Below are positions 27,120 to 40,088 of a DNA stretch of 64,000 nucleotides, piece after piece. The notes under the pieces were generated by a model. That model had not been told where the DNA came from, did no database searches, and was given only the letters and a program-made list of their open reading frames with translations. The stretch's first letter is position 1, and each line of letters starts with the position of its first letter. Made by a program: the position numbers and the translations under genes. Origin of the DNA: Thermodesulfobacteriota bacterium (GTDB lineage Bacteria; Desulfobacterota_D; UBA1144; Nemesobacterales; UBA2774); the NCBI GenBank assembly GCA_035325995.1, contig DAOKYU010000004.1, positions 1,322 through 65,321 on the forward strand, read 5' to 3'.

Positions 27120-28307
27120 ATGCACAGAATACCGGAAGATTTCTCACTCATAAGAAGGCTCCCGCCCTACGTTTTCACCATAGTCAACGACCTGAAATCG
27201 AAGGCGAGGGCGAGGGGCGAGGACATAATCGACCTCGGAATGGGCAACCCCGACCAGGCGACGCCCGAGCACATAGTAAGCAAGCTCATAGAGACGGCGG
27301 CCGACCCGAGGGCGCACAGGTATTCGGCATCGGCGGGTATACCGAAGCTCCGGCGCGCGATCGCCGACTGGTACAAAAGAAGCCACGGCGTCGAGCTCGA
27401 CCCGGACAGCGAGGTGGTCGTCACCATAGGCTCGAAGGAAGGCATATGCCACCTTATGCAGTCGATACTGTCGCCGGGGGATACCGTTATCGTGCCGAAC
27501 CCGGCGTACCCGATACACATATATTCGGTGATAATATCGAGGGGCGACGTTCACAGCGTGCCGTTCACCATGGAGACCGGCCTCCTCGAAAGCATAGAGA
27601 AGGCCGTCAGGGAGACGTGGCCAAAGCCGAAGGTGCTCATGATCTCCTTCCCGAATAACCCGACGACGAAGGTCGTCGATATCGAATTCTTCAAGGAAGT
27701 TTACGAGCTCGCGCGCGAGACGGACCTAATAGTCGTCCACGATTTCGCCTATGCCGAGCTTTGCTACGACGGCTACAAGGCCCCGAGCTTTCTCGAAGTG
27801 CCCGGCGCCAAGGACCTCGGAGTGGAGTTTTACTCGCTGTCCAAGAGCTACAACATGCCGGGCTGGCGCGTGGGGTTCATGGTGGGGAACGCCAGGATCG
27901 TATCGGCGCTCAAGCGCATAAAGAGCTACATGGACTACGGCATATTCACGCCCGTCCAGGTGGCCTCGATAGCAGCGCTCAACGGTCCGCAGGACTGCGT
28001 CGACGAGATAAGGGAGTCCTATAAGTCGAGGCGCGACAAGCTCGTGGACGGGCTTTCAAAGGCCGGGTGGCAGATACCCAAGCCCAAGGGGACGATGTTC
28101 GTCTGGGGCGAAATACCCGAGGAGTATAAAGAAATGGGATCGCTCGAGTTCTCGAAGCTCCTCGTGGAGAAGGCCAAGGTCGCCGTGTCGCCGGGAGTAG
28201 GCTTCGGGAATTACGGCGAGGGGTACGTGAGGTTCGCTCTCGTCGAGAATGAAAAGAGGATAATGCAGGCCGTCCGGGGGATCAGAAGGTTCTTAAAGGG
28301 CTCGTAA
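27120..28307 (+). CDS. Class I PLP-dependent aminotransferase (AlaC/AspC-like)
   Basis: LGMGNPD, NPAYP, FPNNPT and the PLP-lysine motif [16 protein letters not shown]. Confidence 0.85.
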   Translation: MHRIPEDFSLIRRLPPYVFTIVNDLKSKARARGEDIIDLGMGNPDQATPEHIVSKLIETAADPRAHRYSASAGIPKLRRAIADWYKRSHGVELDPDSEVVVTIGSKEGICHLMQSILSPGDTVIVPNPAYPIHIYSVIISRGDVHSVPFTMETGLLESIEKAVRETWPKPKVLMISFPNNPTTKVVDIEFFKEVYELARETDLIVVHDFAYAELCYDGYKAPSFLEVPGAKDLGVEFYSLSKSYNMPGWRVGFMVGNARIVSALKRIKSYMDYGIFTPVQVASIAALNGPQDCVDEIRESYKSRRDKLVDGLSKAGWQIPKPKGTMFVWGEIPEEYKEMGSLEFSKLLVEKAKVAVSPGVGFGNYGEGYVRFALVENEKRIMQAVRGIRRFLKGS

Positions 28308-28343
28308 AGGCTGCGGCGGCCGCAGATCAGTAATCGACGGGAA

Positions 28344-31300
28344 TCAGTAATCGAAGTTGAAGAATACGTCCGCGCCGGCCTCGTCGCCTATTTCGCTCTC
28401 CAGCGTCAGAAAGTCGGAGACCCTGTACTCGATTACGGCCCTGTTTGCCGTCGCCGTCGAGGACAGGAGCCCCGGGCTCAGGAAATACCTCTCGTAGAAG
28501 AACCGCTCGTATGAAAATCTCTCGTATCCGATGTAGAAGTTTTCGGTGAGGTATTTGCCGATTTCGAGGTGGGTGTCCTTAAAGCCCGTCTGGCTGCCCT
28601 TGATGGTCATGACGTCTATGGCGAGGTCGTCGCCTATAGCCTGACGGAGCTCGCCGACGGCCATGGTGCCGAGCACCTCGCCGGCCTTTTCCTGGAACTG
28701 AACCCTTTCGTCAGTGCCGAGCTTTTCGGAAGAGGTGCCGAAGACGAGGTAGGAGACGATCTCGTTCTCTTCGAGCGGCGGATCGCTCGTGAGCTGTATC
28801 CTGGGTTTTTCGGCGGTGCCCGAGACGTTGATATAGACCTCGACGCTCGATACTTCATACGTGGCCCGGAGGTCGAGGAACGGGTCGACGATTTTCTTCC
28901 CCCGAAAGCTCACCGTGCCGCTCTCGATATTGAAGAGCCTTCCCATGAACTGGTAATCGCCCCTTATGACGTCGATGCTGCCCGTTATGAGATAGGGCTC
29001 TTTATAGTTCTTGTTGATGTCGAGGCGGCCCTGGACCTCGATATTCGCGCCGCTCCCCTTGATCCACGACTGCCTGGGGATGTTGACGTCGAGGTCGAGG
29101 GACACGAATTCCTGGACGAAATCTTCCTTTGCCGCGCCGGTGTAGATGAATTCGTCCTTGCCCTCGTCTTCGTCGATAAACCGTATATTCTCGATTTCCT
29201 TTATGGGCTTCTCAGGCACTATGGCCTTGAGGTCGTTGACGGTGATTTCGCCCTTGATCAGCGAGGCGGGAAATTTACCGGTGACGTCGATCGTGCCGTC
29301 GAGGTTGGCCGTGACGTCGTTGGGATAGGTCCTGACGTGCATGCCGTTCATCGTCCCCTTGGCGCTGTAGGAGAGGTCCCTGAAATCTATCTTCCCCATG
29401 AACGAGCCCTCGCCCTCTCCGGTCTTGATCGTGACCGGGCGCAGGGTGCCGTAAGCGCCGTCGAGGTCGAGGACAGCGTGCTCGATTTCGATGTCGTTCC
29501 GGAGCATGAGAAGATCGACGGCCACGTCCCTGAGCTCTATCGTCCCGGATATGTCCGGCTCGCCGCCGGAGCCGGCCGCTGTCACGTCGACGACGAGCTT
29601 CCCCTCGAGCCCCTGTATTTCGGGATTGAAGATCATGAGCGGGCTGATGTCGATGCCCTTAGACCTCACCCGCGCCGTATAGCGCACCTTCTGAAGGGTC
29701 CGCTCCATGCCGGACGGGTCCATGGGCATGTGTGCATCGGCGAGGGCCGTGAGGACTTCCTCGCCGCCGTCCATTATCCGGAGATTAAGCTCGAAGTCGT
29801 CGCCGAAATGGAGGAGCGAGAGCGTGAGCTCGTCGCCCTTAAACTCCTTGTATTCGAGGTCTCTCGCGGCGGCGGTCGCGCTTATCGTGGGGGCCTTGAC
29901 CGTTCCCCCTAAGTCTATTTCGCCGGAGACGCTCCCCTTTATCGGGAACCTGGCCCGAAGGAGGCTCGATACGTCCGCAAGGTCGAGCTTTTCGAGCTTG
30001 AGCCTCCCGTCGATGGCGCCCGACGCCCCGAGCGTAATCTCGCCGACGGCGGAATTGTCCTTGTGGTAAAGGTTAAAGGAGCTGACGGCTATGCCGCCGT
30101 TTTTCAGGACGGCGCTTACGGGCCGTTTGTTTTCGAAGAGGGCGTCTTTAAAGGCCAGCCTGATTTTCGGGATTTCGATCAGTTTTTCTTGGGTGTCGAG
30201 CCCGGACGCCTTGTATTCGGCCTCGTATTTCCTGTCGGGGGCTTCGGTTACGTGGACCGCTCCGTAGAGCTCGCGGCCCCGGCTCTCCGCGTCGAAATCG
30301 GCGGCTTCCATCGCGCGGCCCTGTATCTCGATGCCCTTGAGCCCTCCCTTCGCCTTCATTTGAAGGTCCGAAAGGTCGAGGTAGGTCTCGGCCGAAAGCT
30401 CTATCTTCTCGACGGTGAGCTTTTGTTTCAGCGACGCGAAATCCGCCACCCTGGCGTTCACGGTGAGCCTCGGCCTTTCGAACGTGCCCCTGACAACGCC
30501 CTCTACGCTCAGGCTGCCCGCGAGCTTATCGCCGGGGACAAGGCCCGACAGAGCGCCGAGATCGCCGGCGTTGACGCCGTACCTGACCCCACTCTCCGTG
30601 CCGGACCCCAGGCTCCCGGACGCCTTTGCCGACAGACGGCCGGATTCGAGCGTCAGGGTTCTGATGTCGAGGGACGAGGGGGCGAAGGAGAGATCCACCG
30701 CCCCGCGGTCGAGCTTAAAGCCCTTTATCACGGAGGGGGAGATATCGCCCTTGACGGACAGCTCGAGGCCGTCCGGAGGCTTCTTGCCGGGCACGACCGA
30801 GCCCTTTACGTGGAGCTTCGAGTTAAAGTCCGTTTCGTTCGGGAAGTCTGTCAGTATGTTTGCGAAGTTGGTTTTGGAGGAGGATGTATCGAGGTCGAAT
30901 TCTATTTTGTCGGGCCGGATTTTCATAGGGCCGGAAAGTGTTATCTCGCCCGTCTCGAGGCCGTTCATCCTGAAGCTCTCGAGGGCGACGTCGAGCGCGG
31001 GCGGCTCCTTGCCCTTCCAGCCGGCCCTAACCGCGAGCCGGGAATCGACCCGCGCGTTTACGTCCTTTTTGAGCTCCTTGGGGGCACCGTCGGACTGTGT
31101 TTTGTCGAAGATTTCGAGGAGGCGAGCCGCCGACGCGGAATCGACGGAGAGCTTTATGTCAGCTTCGTTCGATTTCCCGGGCGAGGTTATCTCGTAAAGC
31201 CCCAGCGTGCCGTCGAAGGCCGCTTTCCCGAAGGGCGAGGAGAGCTTGCCGCCCGTGAGGGTGACCGATGTATTCTCGACCCGGATTTTCTTTATGGAGC

Positions 31301-32240
31301 CTTCGAGAGTTTCTCCGAGTATGACCGAATCTATAACGTCGAGCCTTCCCGACGCCTGGAGACCCTTCCATCTTTCGGATGCGCCCCTGGCGCGTACCTC
31401 GACCCCCAGCCTCCCGAGCTCACCCGCGTCTATGTTCTTGATCGTGCCGCCGAGCGTGAACGTCGGGCTCATCAGGTTTTTCATCGTCCCCGAGGCGTTT
31501 ACCCGCGCGCCCCGGAAGTTAAAGAAGGCGCGCTTTACGTCGAGGACGTCTATTTTCTCCTTGTTCGAATAGACCGCCTTCCCGTTTATCTTGTCGAAAT
31601 AGAACCTTTCGGACTTGTCTATATTCGGCACGGCCGTGAAGACGGCGTCCTTTATTACGAATTCGGCGTTGTCCGTTATCTTGACGAGATTCACGGCGAC
31701 CTCGGCGCCCGGGAGCTCGAAGACCGAGTGCTGGTTCTTCGGGACGTCGTAAATCGTCATCCTGGCGTTCTCGACGAACCCGCTCTTTATGAAGATGCTC
31801 CAGTCGGGGTTGGGCTTCTTCTCCTTGGCGATGAAGCGCTCGCCGAGCTTGGTGAAGTTCCAGGAATCGCCGCCGTAGTGAACGAGATGGATCGTAAACC
31901 CCGAAACCCTGACCTCGTGGAGGGGAATCACCTTGCTGAAGAGCATGGAGCCGTCGAGGATTATCGGGAGGGAATAATCGATATACACCTCGTCGCAGGT
32001 GATGAACCTCTCCCCGTCGATGTCGAACGTGACGTTTTTGAGCGAGATGCCCTTCAGGAAGTTGCCTTCTATGCTGCCGATCTTGAAATCCTGGGCCGTG
32101 AGAGAAGTTACGATCGAGTTTGTAGTGAGCTTGACGAACTGGCGGAAGTAATGTGTCTGGATGACGATTATCGCAATGCCGGTGAGAACGGCGAGTATTA
32201 CGAGAAATAATCCTATGGGTATCAGGACTTTGGAGCGCAT
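28344..32240 (-). CDS. tamB: Translocation and assembly module protein TamB (AsmA-like, DUF490 C-terminus)
   Basis: 1298 aa. A single N-terminal TM anchor, a long beta-rich repetitive body, and a C-terminal DUF490-like segment ending in an aromatic residue (FFNFDY). Confidence 0.75.
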   Translation of the reverse strand: MRSKVLIPIGLFLVILAVLTGIAIIVIQTHYFRQFVKLTTNSIVTSLTAQDFKIGSIEGNFLKGISLKNVTFDIDGERFITCDEVYIDYSLPIILDGSMLFSKVIPLHEVRVSGFTIHLVHYGGDSWNFTKLGERFIAKEKKPNPDWSIFIKSGFVENARMTIYDVPKNQHSVFELPGAEVAVNLVKITDNAEFVIKDAVFTAVPNIDKSERFYFDKINGKAVYSNKEKIDVLDVKRAFFNFRGARVNASGTMKNLMSPTFTLGGTIKNIDAGELGRLGVEVRARGASERWKGLQASGRLDVIDSVILGETLEGSIKKIRVENTSVTLTGGKLSSPFGKAAFDGTLGLYEITSPGKSNEADIKLSVDSASAARLLEIFDKTQSDGAPKELKKDVNARVDSRLAVRAGWKGKEPPALDVALESFRMNGLETGEITLSGPMKIRPDKIEFDLDTSSSKTNFANILTDFPNETDFNSKLHVKGSVVPGKKPPDGLELSVKGDISPSVIKGFKLDRGAVDLSFAPSSLDIRTLTLESGRLSAKASGSLGSGTESGVRYGVNAGDLGALSGLVPGDKLAGSLSVEGVVRGTFERPRLTVNARVADFASLKQKLTVEKIELSAETYLDLSDLQMKAKGGLKGIEIQGRAMEAADFDAESRGRELYGAVHVTEAPDRKYEAEYKASGLDTQEKLIEIPKIRLAFKDALFENKRPVSAVLKNGGIAVSSFNLYHKDNSAVGEITLGASGAIDGRLKLEKLDLADVSSLLRARFPIKGSVSGEIDLGGTVKAPTISATAAARDLEYKEFKGDELTLSLLHFGDDFELNLRIMDGGEEVLTALADAHMPMDPSGMERTLQKVRYTARVRSKGIDISPLMIFNPEIQGLEGKLVVDVTAAGSGGEPDISGTIELRDVAVDLLMLRNDIEIEHAVLDLDGAYGTLRPVTIKTGEGEGSFMGKIDFRDLSYSAKGTMNGMHVRTYPNDVTANLDGTIDVTGKFPASLIKGEITVNDLKAIVPEKPIKEIENIRFIDEDEGKDEFIYTGAAKEDFVQEFVSLDLDVNIPRQSWIKGSGANIEVQGRLDINKNYKEPYLITGSIDVIRGDYQFMGRLFNIESGTVSFRGKKIVDPFLDLRATYEVSSVEVYINVSGTAEKPRIQLTSDPPLEENEIVSYLVFGTSSEKLGTDERVQFQEKAGEVLGTMAVGELRQAIGDDLAIDVMTIKGSQTGFKDTHLEIGKYLTENFYIGYERFSYERFFYERYFLSPGLLSSTATANRAVIEYRVSDFLTLESEIGDEAGADVFFNFDY

Positions 32241-32456
32241 GTCGAGTATATTGAATTATAACACAACGACCGGCGGAAAACGCCTCGTGGCGCGCCTTTC
32301 CGCGTCCGGGGCGGCCGGGGCGGCGATCCCGCGGAAACGGGGCGCGCAAATACCGGGCACAGCGATACATTCCGGGGCCTGCCGCAGGCCGCCGCAACTT
32401 GCTAAGGCGCCCCCGGTCAGGATAATATTTTAGAACTCGGGAGTAACCTTTTTCCA

Positions 32457-34049
32457 ATGCCGAAACTTACCATCGACGGGATAGAAATCGAGGTCGAAGA
32501 CGGGCTCAATCTGATCCAGGCAGCCGCCCGGGTGGGCGTCGAAGTCCCGCATTTCTGCTATCATCCGGCCCTCAGCATAGTCGCCCAGTGCAGGCAGTGC
32601 CTGGTAGAGGTGGAGGGCGTGCCGAAGGTCATGCCGGCGTGCAACACCTTCGTCAGGGACGGCCTCATCGTAAAGACCAACTCGGAAAAGGCCGTAAAAG
32701 CGAGGAAGGCCACCGTCGAGTTCACGCTCATAAACCATCCCCTCGATTGCCCGATATGCGACAAGGGCGGGGAGTGCCCGCTTCAGCTTACGACCGTCAA
32801 GCACGGGCCCGGATACAGCAGGTTCGAAGGGCCCGAGGAAAAGAAGGTCCGAAGGAAATATTACCTCAGCGACAGGATATTATACGACCCGAACAGGTGC
32901 ATCATGTGCACGAGGTGCGTCAGGTTCACCGAAGAGGTGACCAAGACGGGCGAGCTAGGGTTCGAGAACCGGGGGTTCAGGAAGAAGATCGTCGTTTTCC
33001 CAGACAAGAACCTCGACAACGAGCTTGCGGGGAACGTTACGGACCTCTGCCCGGTGGGCGCGCTCCTCAACAAGGACAATCTCCACGAGGAGAGGGTCTG
33101 GTACTGGAAATTCACGGACAGCGTCTGCTCGCTGTGCAGTAACGGGTGCAACATAACCGTGGGCGTCGACCCCAGGAAGGGGAAGGTTTCGAGGGTGAGG
33201 CCCAGGATAAACATGGACGTTAACGAGTACTGGATATGCGACAGGGGAAGGTACGATTTCAAGCGCGTCCAGGAAGGAGCGACGCGCCTTAAGGACCCCA
33301 TTCTCAGAAGGGGCGAGGGATTCGTGAAGTCCGACTGGCCGGAGGCTTCGGCGTTCGCCGCCGACGGGCTTACGGCCGGAAGCGCATCTTCTGTCGCCAT
33401 ACTCGGCTCGCCGACGCTCACGAACGAGGAGCTTTATCTCCTCAAGAAGCTCGGCGACAGGCTCGGCGGCGCGAGGGTCGTATCGAATTCGCTCGAGCCC
33501 GAGGGCGAGAAGCTCTACGGGCTTATAAGCAGCGATCCCTACCCGAACTCGAGGGGCGTCAGGGACATGGGGCTCGAATACGGGCCCGAGAAGGTGTCCG
33601 CGCTCGCGGAATCAATAATAAACGGGAGTATAAAAGTCCTTTACGTCGCCGGGGAGGATATCTTCGGCTTCGTGCCGGAGGAAGGGCACGCGAGGCTCCG
33701 CGAGGCGCTCTCGGCGCTCGACCTTCTTATAGTGGAAGACTACAAGGTCACGGAAACGGCCAGGATGGCCCACGTCATATTGCCCGGGGTGAGCCCGTAC
33801 GAGAAGGACGGGACGTTCACGAACGACGCGGGACGCGTCCAGAGGATAAGGGAGGCCATTGCCCCTCCCGGCATAGCCAAGCCGGACTGGGAGATAATCT
33901 CCTATATCGGTAGCCTCGTTAATCCGGGCGGATTTAACGATTACGGCCATCCTTCGCTCGTCATGAAGGAGATTTCCGCGGCCGTTCCGGCTTACGCGAA
34001 GCTCAACTACGAGAACATAGGCGTTCTCGGCGGGAGCGCCGCTTCATAG
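32457..34049 (+). CDS. nuoG: NADH-quinone oxidoreductase subunit G (short form)
   Basis: N-terminal 2Fe-2S segment (FCYHP ... CRQCLVEV ... ACNT). HPLDCPICDKGGECPLQ. 4Fe-4S segment CIMCTRCVRF. 530 aa, so it lacks the long C-terminal extension of the E. coli type. Confidence 0.85.
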   Translation: MPKLTIDGIEIEVEDGLNLIQAAARVGVEVPHFCYHPALSIVAQCRQCLVEVEGVPKVMPACNTFVRDGLIVKTNSEKAVKARKATVEFTLINHPLDCPICDKGGECPLQLTTVKHGPGYSRFEGPEEKKVRRKYYLSDRILYDPNRCIMCTRCVRFTEEVTKTGELGFENRGFRKKIVVFPDKNLDNELAGNVTDLCPVGALLNKDNLHEERVWYWKFTDSVCSLCSNGCNITVGVDPRKGKVSRVRPRINMDVNEYWICDRGRYDFKRVQEGATRLKDPILRRGEGFVKSDWPEASAFAADGLTAGSASSVAILGSPTLTNEELYLLKKLGDRLGGARVVSNSLEPEGEKLYGLISSDPYPNSRGVRDMGLEYGPEKVSALAESIINGSIKVLYVAGEDIFGFVPEEGHARLREALSALDLLIVEDYKVTETARMAHVILPGVSPYEKDGTFTNDAGRVQRIREAIAPPGIAKPDWEIISYIGSLVNPGGFNDYGHPSLVMKEISAAVPAYAKLNYENIGVLGGSAAS

Positions 34050-34065
34050 CGCCAAGAGATAAATA

Positions 34066-35127
34066 ATGATCTGGGTAGAATTCGGAATCGCATTCGTTAA
34101 AATCGCGCTCGTGTTCTTCGTAGTGCTGACGCTGGTCGCGTATCTTACGCTGGCCGAAAGGCGCGTGAGCGCGTTCATACAGGACAGGCTGGGCCCCAAC
34201 CGCGTGGGCCCGTTCGGCTTCCTGCAGCCGCTCGCGGACGGCGTGAAGTTCATATTCAAGGAAGACATAATCCCGACTCACGCGGACAAGCCGTTTTACA
34301 TAATCGCGCCCGCGTTCGCCCTTATTACCGCCCTTATAGCCCTTGCAGTGGTGCCCATAGGCAAGGGGTTCAGCACGGACCTCTTCGGGCTTCTGCCGGA
34401 GCCGATATTCGTAACGCTCCAGATAGCCGACCTTAACGTCGGCGTGCTTTACATTCTCGCGATAAGCTCTCTCAGCGTTTACGGCGTCGTGCTCGGAGGA
34501 TGGGCTTCGAATAGCAAGTATTCGTTCCTCGGCGGCCTCCGGGCGGCGGCGCAGATGATAAGCTACGAGCTCGCCATGGGCGTGTCCATCCTGGGCGTAA
34601 TCGCGTGGACGGGCTCTTTAAGGCTCGACGAGATTATAGAGGCGCAGAAGAGCTGCTGGTTCGCGATTCCGCAGATTCTCGGCTGCATAGTGTTCGTGAC
34701 GGCGGCCTTCGCCGAGACGAACAGGCTCCCCTTCGACATGCCCGAGGCCGAGCCCGAGATCGTGGCCGGTTATCACACGGAGTACAGCAGCATGAAGTTC
34801 GCAATGTTCTTCATGGCCGAGTACACGCACATGATAGTGGTGTCGTGCCTGGCAGTGGCGCTCTTTTTCGGCGGGTGGTATCCCCTCCCCTTCGGCGGCT
34901 GGTTTGGGATAGACATAGACAAGTACTGGTTCCTTCCGCCGCTCGTCTTTATCGGCAAGGTGCTGGCGTTCCTCTTCTTCTTTATATGGGTGAGGTTCAC
35001 GCTGCCCAGGTTCAGGTACGACCAGGTCATGAACCTCGGCTGGAAGGTGCTCTTCCCGATCGCCATAGCCAACCTGATAATCGTCAGCGTCGCGATACTG
35101 GTTCTCCAGCATTACGGGTATATGTAA
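34066..35127 (+). CDS. nuoH: NADH-quinone oxidoreductase subunit H
   Basis: AERRVSAFIQDRLGPNRVGPFGFLQPLADGVKF, NSKYSFLGGLRAAAQMISYE and ETNRLPFDMPEAEPEIVAGYHTEYS. Confidence 0.92.
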   Translation: MIWVEFGIAFVKIALVFFVVLTLVAYLTLAERRVSAFIQDRLGPNRVGPFGFLQPLADGVKFIFKEDIIPTHADKPFYIIAPAFALITALIALAVVPIGKGFSTDLFGLLPEPIFVTLQIADLNVGVLYILAISSLSVYGVVLGGWASNSKYSFLGGLRAAAQMISYELAMGVSILGVIAWTGSLRLDEIIEAQKSCWFAIPQILGCIVFVTAAFAETNRLPFDMPEAEPEIVAGYHTEYSSMKFAMFFMAEYTHMIVVSCLAVALFFGGWYPLPFGGWFGIDIDKYWFLPPLVFIGKVLAFLFFFIWVRFTLPRFRYDQVMNLGWKVLFPIAIANLIIVSVAILVLQHYGYM

Positions 35128-35226
35128 TCCCGGCCTTCGAACAGCTCACTTCTTACAGACCTTCCATCCATATGTTCCGGACCGGAAGCCAAATAACAGG
35201 GATTAATACGTGCGCGCCGGGGAAGA

Positions 35227-38075
<2,849 letters not shown>

Positions 38076-38255
38076 CTACCTCCGAGTAATCAACAAGGGG
38101 GGAATTTAAACTCTTTTAGTATACCATGTGGAGACAAAAAGGCAAATAAAATCAGGGGGTTCAATCGCATTTCGGCCCCGGAGCCGGGCGCTCGGAACCA
38201 GCCGTCAACAAAGGCAATTTTGGAGCCCTCGAAAAGGGCCCCGGAAGGAGCTCTC

Positions 38256-38810
38256 TCAAACCTTGGGGGGCGTTATGCCGACCTGCTTCTGATACTTGCC
38301 TTTTTTGTCGGCGTAGGAGACTTCGCACATCTCGTCGGCCTCGAAGAAAAGGACCTGCGCGATGCCCTCGTTCGCGTAGATTTTCGCGGGGAGAGGGGTC
38401 GTGTTCGAGATTTCGAGGGTGACGAAGCCCTCCCACTCGGGCTCGAACGGGGTTACGTTCACGATTATGCCGCAGCGGGCGTAAGTGGACTTGCCGACGC
38501 AGAGGGTTATGGTGCTCCGGGGTATCCTGAAGTACTCGACCGTCCTTGCGAGCGCGAAGGAGTTGGGCGGGATCATGCAGTGATCGGCCTTGATCTCGAC
38601 GAAGGACTTGTCGTCGAAGTTCTTGGGGTCGACTACGGAGTTAAAGACGTTGGTGAAGACCTTGAACTCGTCGCTCACGCGTATATCGTAGCCGTACGCA
38701 GAAAGGCCGTAGGATATCGCTCCCTCCCTGACCTGGCCGTCGACGAAAGGCTCTATCATGCCGTGCTCCCTGGCCATTTTCCTTATCCATCCGTCGGACT
38801 TTACTCCCAT
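38256..38810 (-). CDS. dcd: dCTP deaminase
   Basis: 184 aa. [13 protein letters not shown] ... the trimeric dUTPase-like fold pattern, with VTLEISN and C-terminal YADKKGKYQ. Confidence 0.9.
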   Translation of the reverse strand: MGVKSDGWIRKMAREHGMIEPFVDGQVREGAISYGLSAYGYDIRVSDEFKVFTNVFNSVVDPKNFDDKSFVEIKADHCMIPPNSFALARTVEYFRIPRSTITLCVGKSTYARCGIIVNVTPFEPEWEGFVTLEISNTTPLPAKIYANEGIAQVLFFEADEMCEVSYADKKGKYQKQVGITPPKV

Positions 38811-38939
38811 AGCTCGCGCTCCTCGCTTCGTGGTGTTTACTGCAAGAGGGAAAGGATACTACCACATCGGGCGTATTTACTCAATCCGCCTGATGAACGG
38901 CACCGAAAACACCGGAATGACGGAAGCGGACGGAGCGCG

Positions 38940-39959
38940 TCAGGCGAACTGCCGGAGGAAGCGGACGTCGTTCTCGAAGAAGAGGCGTATGTCGTTTATG
39001 CCGAACTTGAGCATGGTTATGCGCTCTATGCCCATGCCGAACGCAAAGCCCGAGTACTTGGACGAATCGTAGCCGACGCTCTTGAAGACCTCGGGGTCGA
39101 CCATGCCGCAGCCGAGGATTTCGAGCCAGCCGGTGTCCTTACACACGCGGCACCCCTCGCCGCCGCATATCATGCACTGCATGTCCATTTCGGCGCTGGG
39201 CTCGGTGAAAGGGAAGAAGCTCGGGCGGAACCTGACGCCTATGCCCTCGCCGAATACGAGCCTGACGAACTCGGTGAGCACGCCTTTCAGGTCGCCGAAC
39301 GTGACGCACTCGTCCACCAAAAGCCCTTCAATCTGGTGGAACATCGGCGTGTGCGAGACGTCGCTATCGTTCCTGTAGACCCTCCCGGGCGCGATAATCT
39401 TCACGGGGGGTTTCAGTTTTTCCATGATGCGTATCTGTACGGGGGATGTGTGCGTCCTGAGGACTACGTCGTCGGATATGTAGAACGTATCCTGCATGTC
39501 CCGTGCAGGATGGTTTTTGGGAATATTGAGTGCCTCGAAGTTGTAGTAGTCCGTCTCGACCTCGGGCCCTTCGGCGACCTCGAATCCCATCCTCTCGAAT
39601 ATGGAGACTATCTCCTCCATGACCTGCGTCACGGGATGCCTGGCCCCCACGGGGAGGCCCTTTCCGGGCAGCGTGACGTCGATTCTCTCCTCCCCGAGCG
39701 AGCGGTTCTTCTTTTCCTCGCGTATGGAATCGAGCCTCGACTCGACGAGCTCCTCGACGAAGGTTTTCGCCTCGTTTACGAGCTGCCCCATCTTCGGGCG
39801 CTCTTCGGGCGAGAGGTCCTTCATGCCCTTCAGGATTTCGGTTATGGCGCCCTTCTTCCCGAGGAACCTGGCTTTTAAGTTCTGGAGCGCGGCCTCGTCG
39901 GATACCGCGCCGAGCTCTTCACGCGCCTGTTTTTTGAGTTCGTCGAGCTTTTCGATCAT
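38940..39959 (-). CDS. pheS: Phenylalanine--tRNA ligase alpha subunit
   Basis: Start chosen at ATG 39959 (GGAG 7 nt upstream) rather than the track start at 40019. HPVTQV, DTFY, LRTHTSPVQIR, FRPSFFPFTEPS and AFGMGIER. Confidence 0.93.
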   Translation of the reverse strand: MIEKLDELKKQAREELGAVSDEAALQNLKARFLGKKGAITEILKGMKDLSPEERPKMGQLVNEAKTFVEELVESRLDSIREEKKNRSLGEERIDVTLPGKGLPVGARHPVTQVMEEIVSIFERMGFEVAEGPEVETDYYNFEALNIPKNHPARDMQDTFYISDDVVLRTHTSPVQIRIMEKLKPPVKIIAPGRVYRNDSDVSHTPMFHQIEGLLVDECVTFGDLKGVLTEFVRLVFGEGIGVRFRPSFFPFTEPSAEMDMQCMICGGEGCRVCKDTGWLEILGCGMVDPEVFKSVGYDSSKYSGFAFGMGIERITMLKFGINDIRLFFENDVRFLRQFA

Positions 39960-40088
39960 CGGGCTACTCCGTATAAGTCTTGGAAAATCAAAATAATTTA
40001 CCATATCGGCGCGGGACATCTACCTTGAGACGGAAAAGAAAGCGCAGGCGGGTGTGTGGAGCGGAAAGTGAAAAAGACGAGACGGTAA

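Noticed and set aside
30063-32210. 715-aa ORF on the + strand, entirely antisense to tamB
   Set aside because: It mirrors the tamB frame. Its composition is dominated by Arg, Gly, Glu, Leu, Val and Pro (reverse-complemented codons), and I see no recognisable motif. It is explained by avoidance of TTA/CTA/TCA codons in the real gene.
38150-38200. tRNA-like T-loop string (gggggttcaatcgc) in the gyrB-dcd spacer
   Set aside because: No complementary T-stem, acceptor stem or anticodon arm can be drawn around it, so it is not a tRNA.
38220-39878. 552-aa ORF on the + strand spanning the dcd and pheS loci
   Set aside because: It runs antisense through two well-supported genes and the intergenic spacer between them. 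It has no motifs and is a by-product of codon bias.
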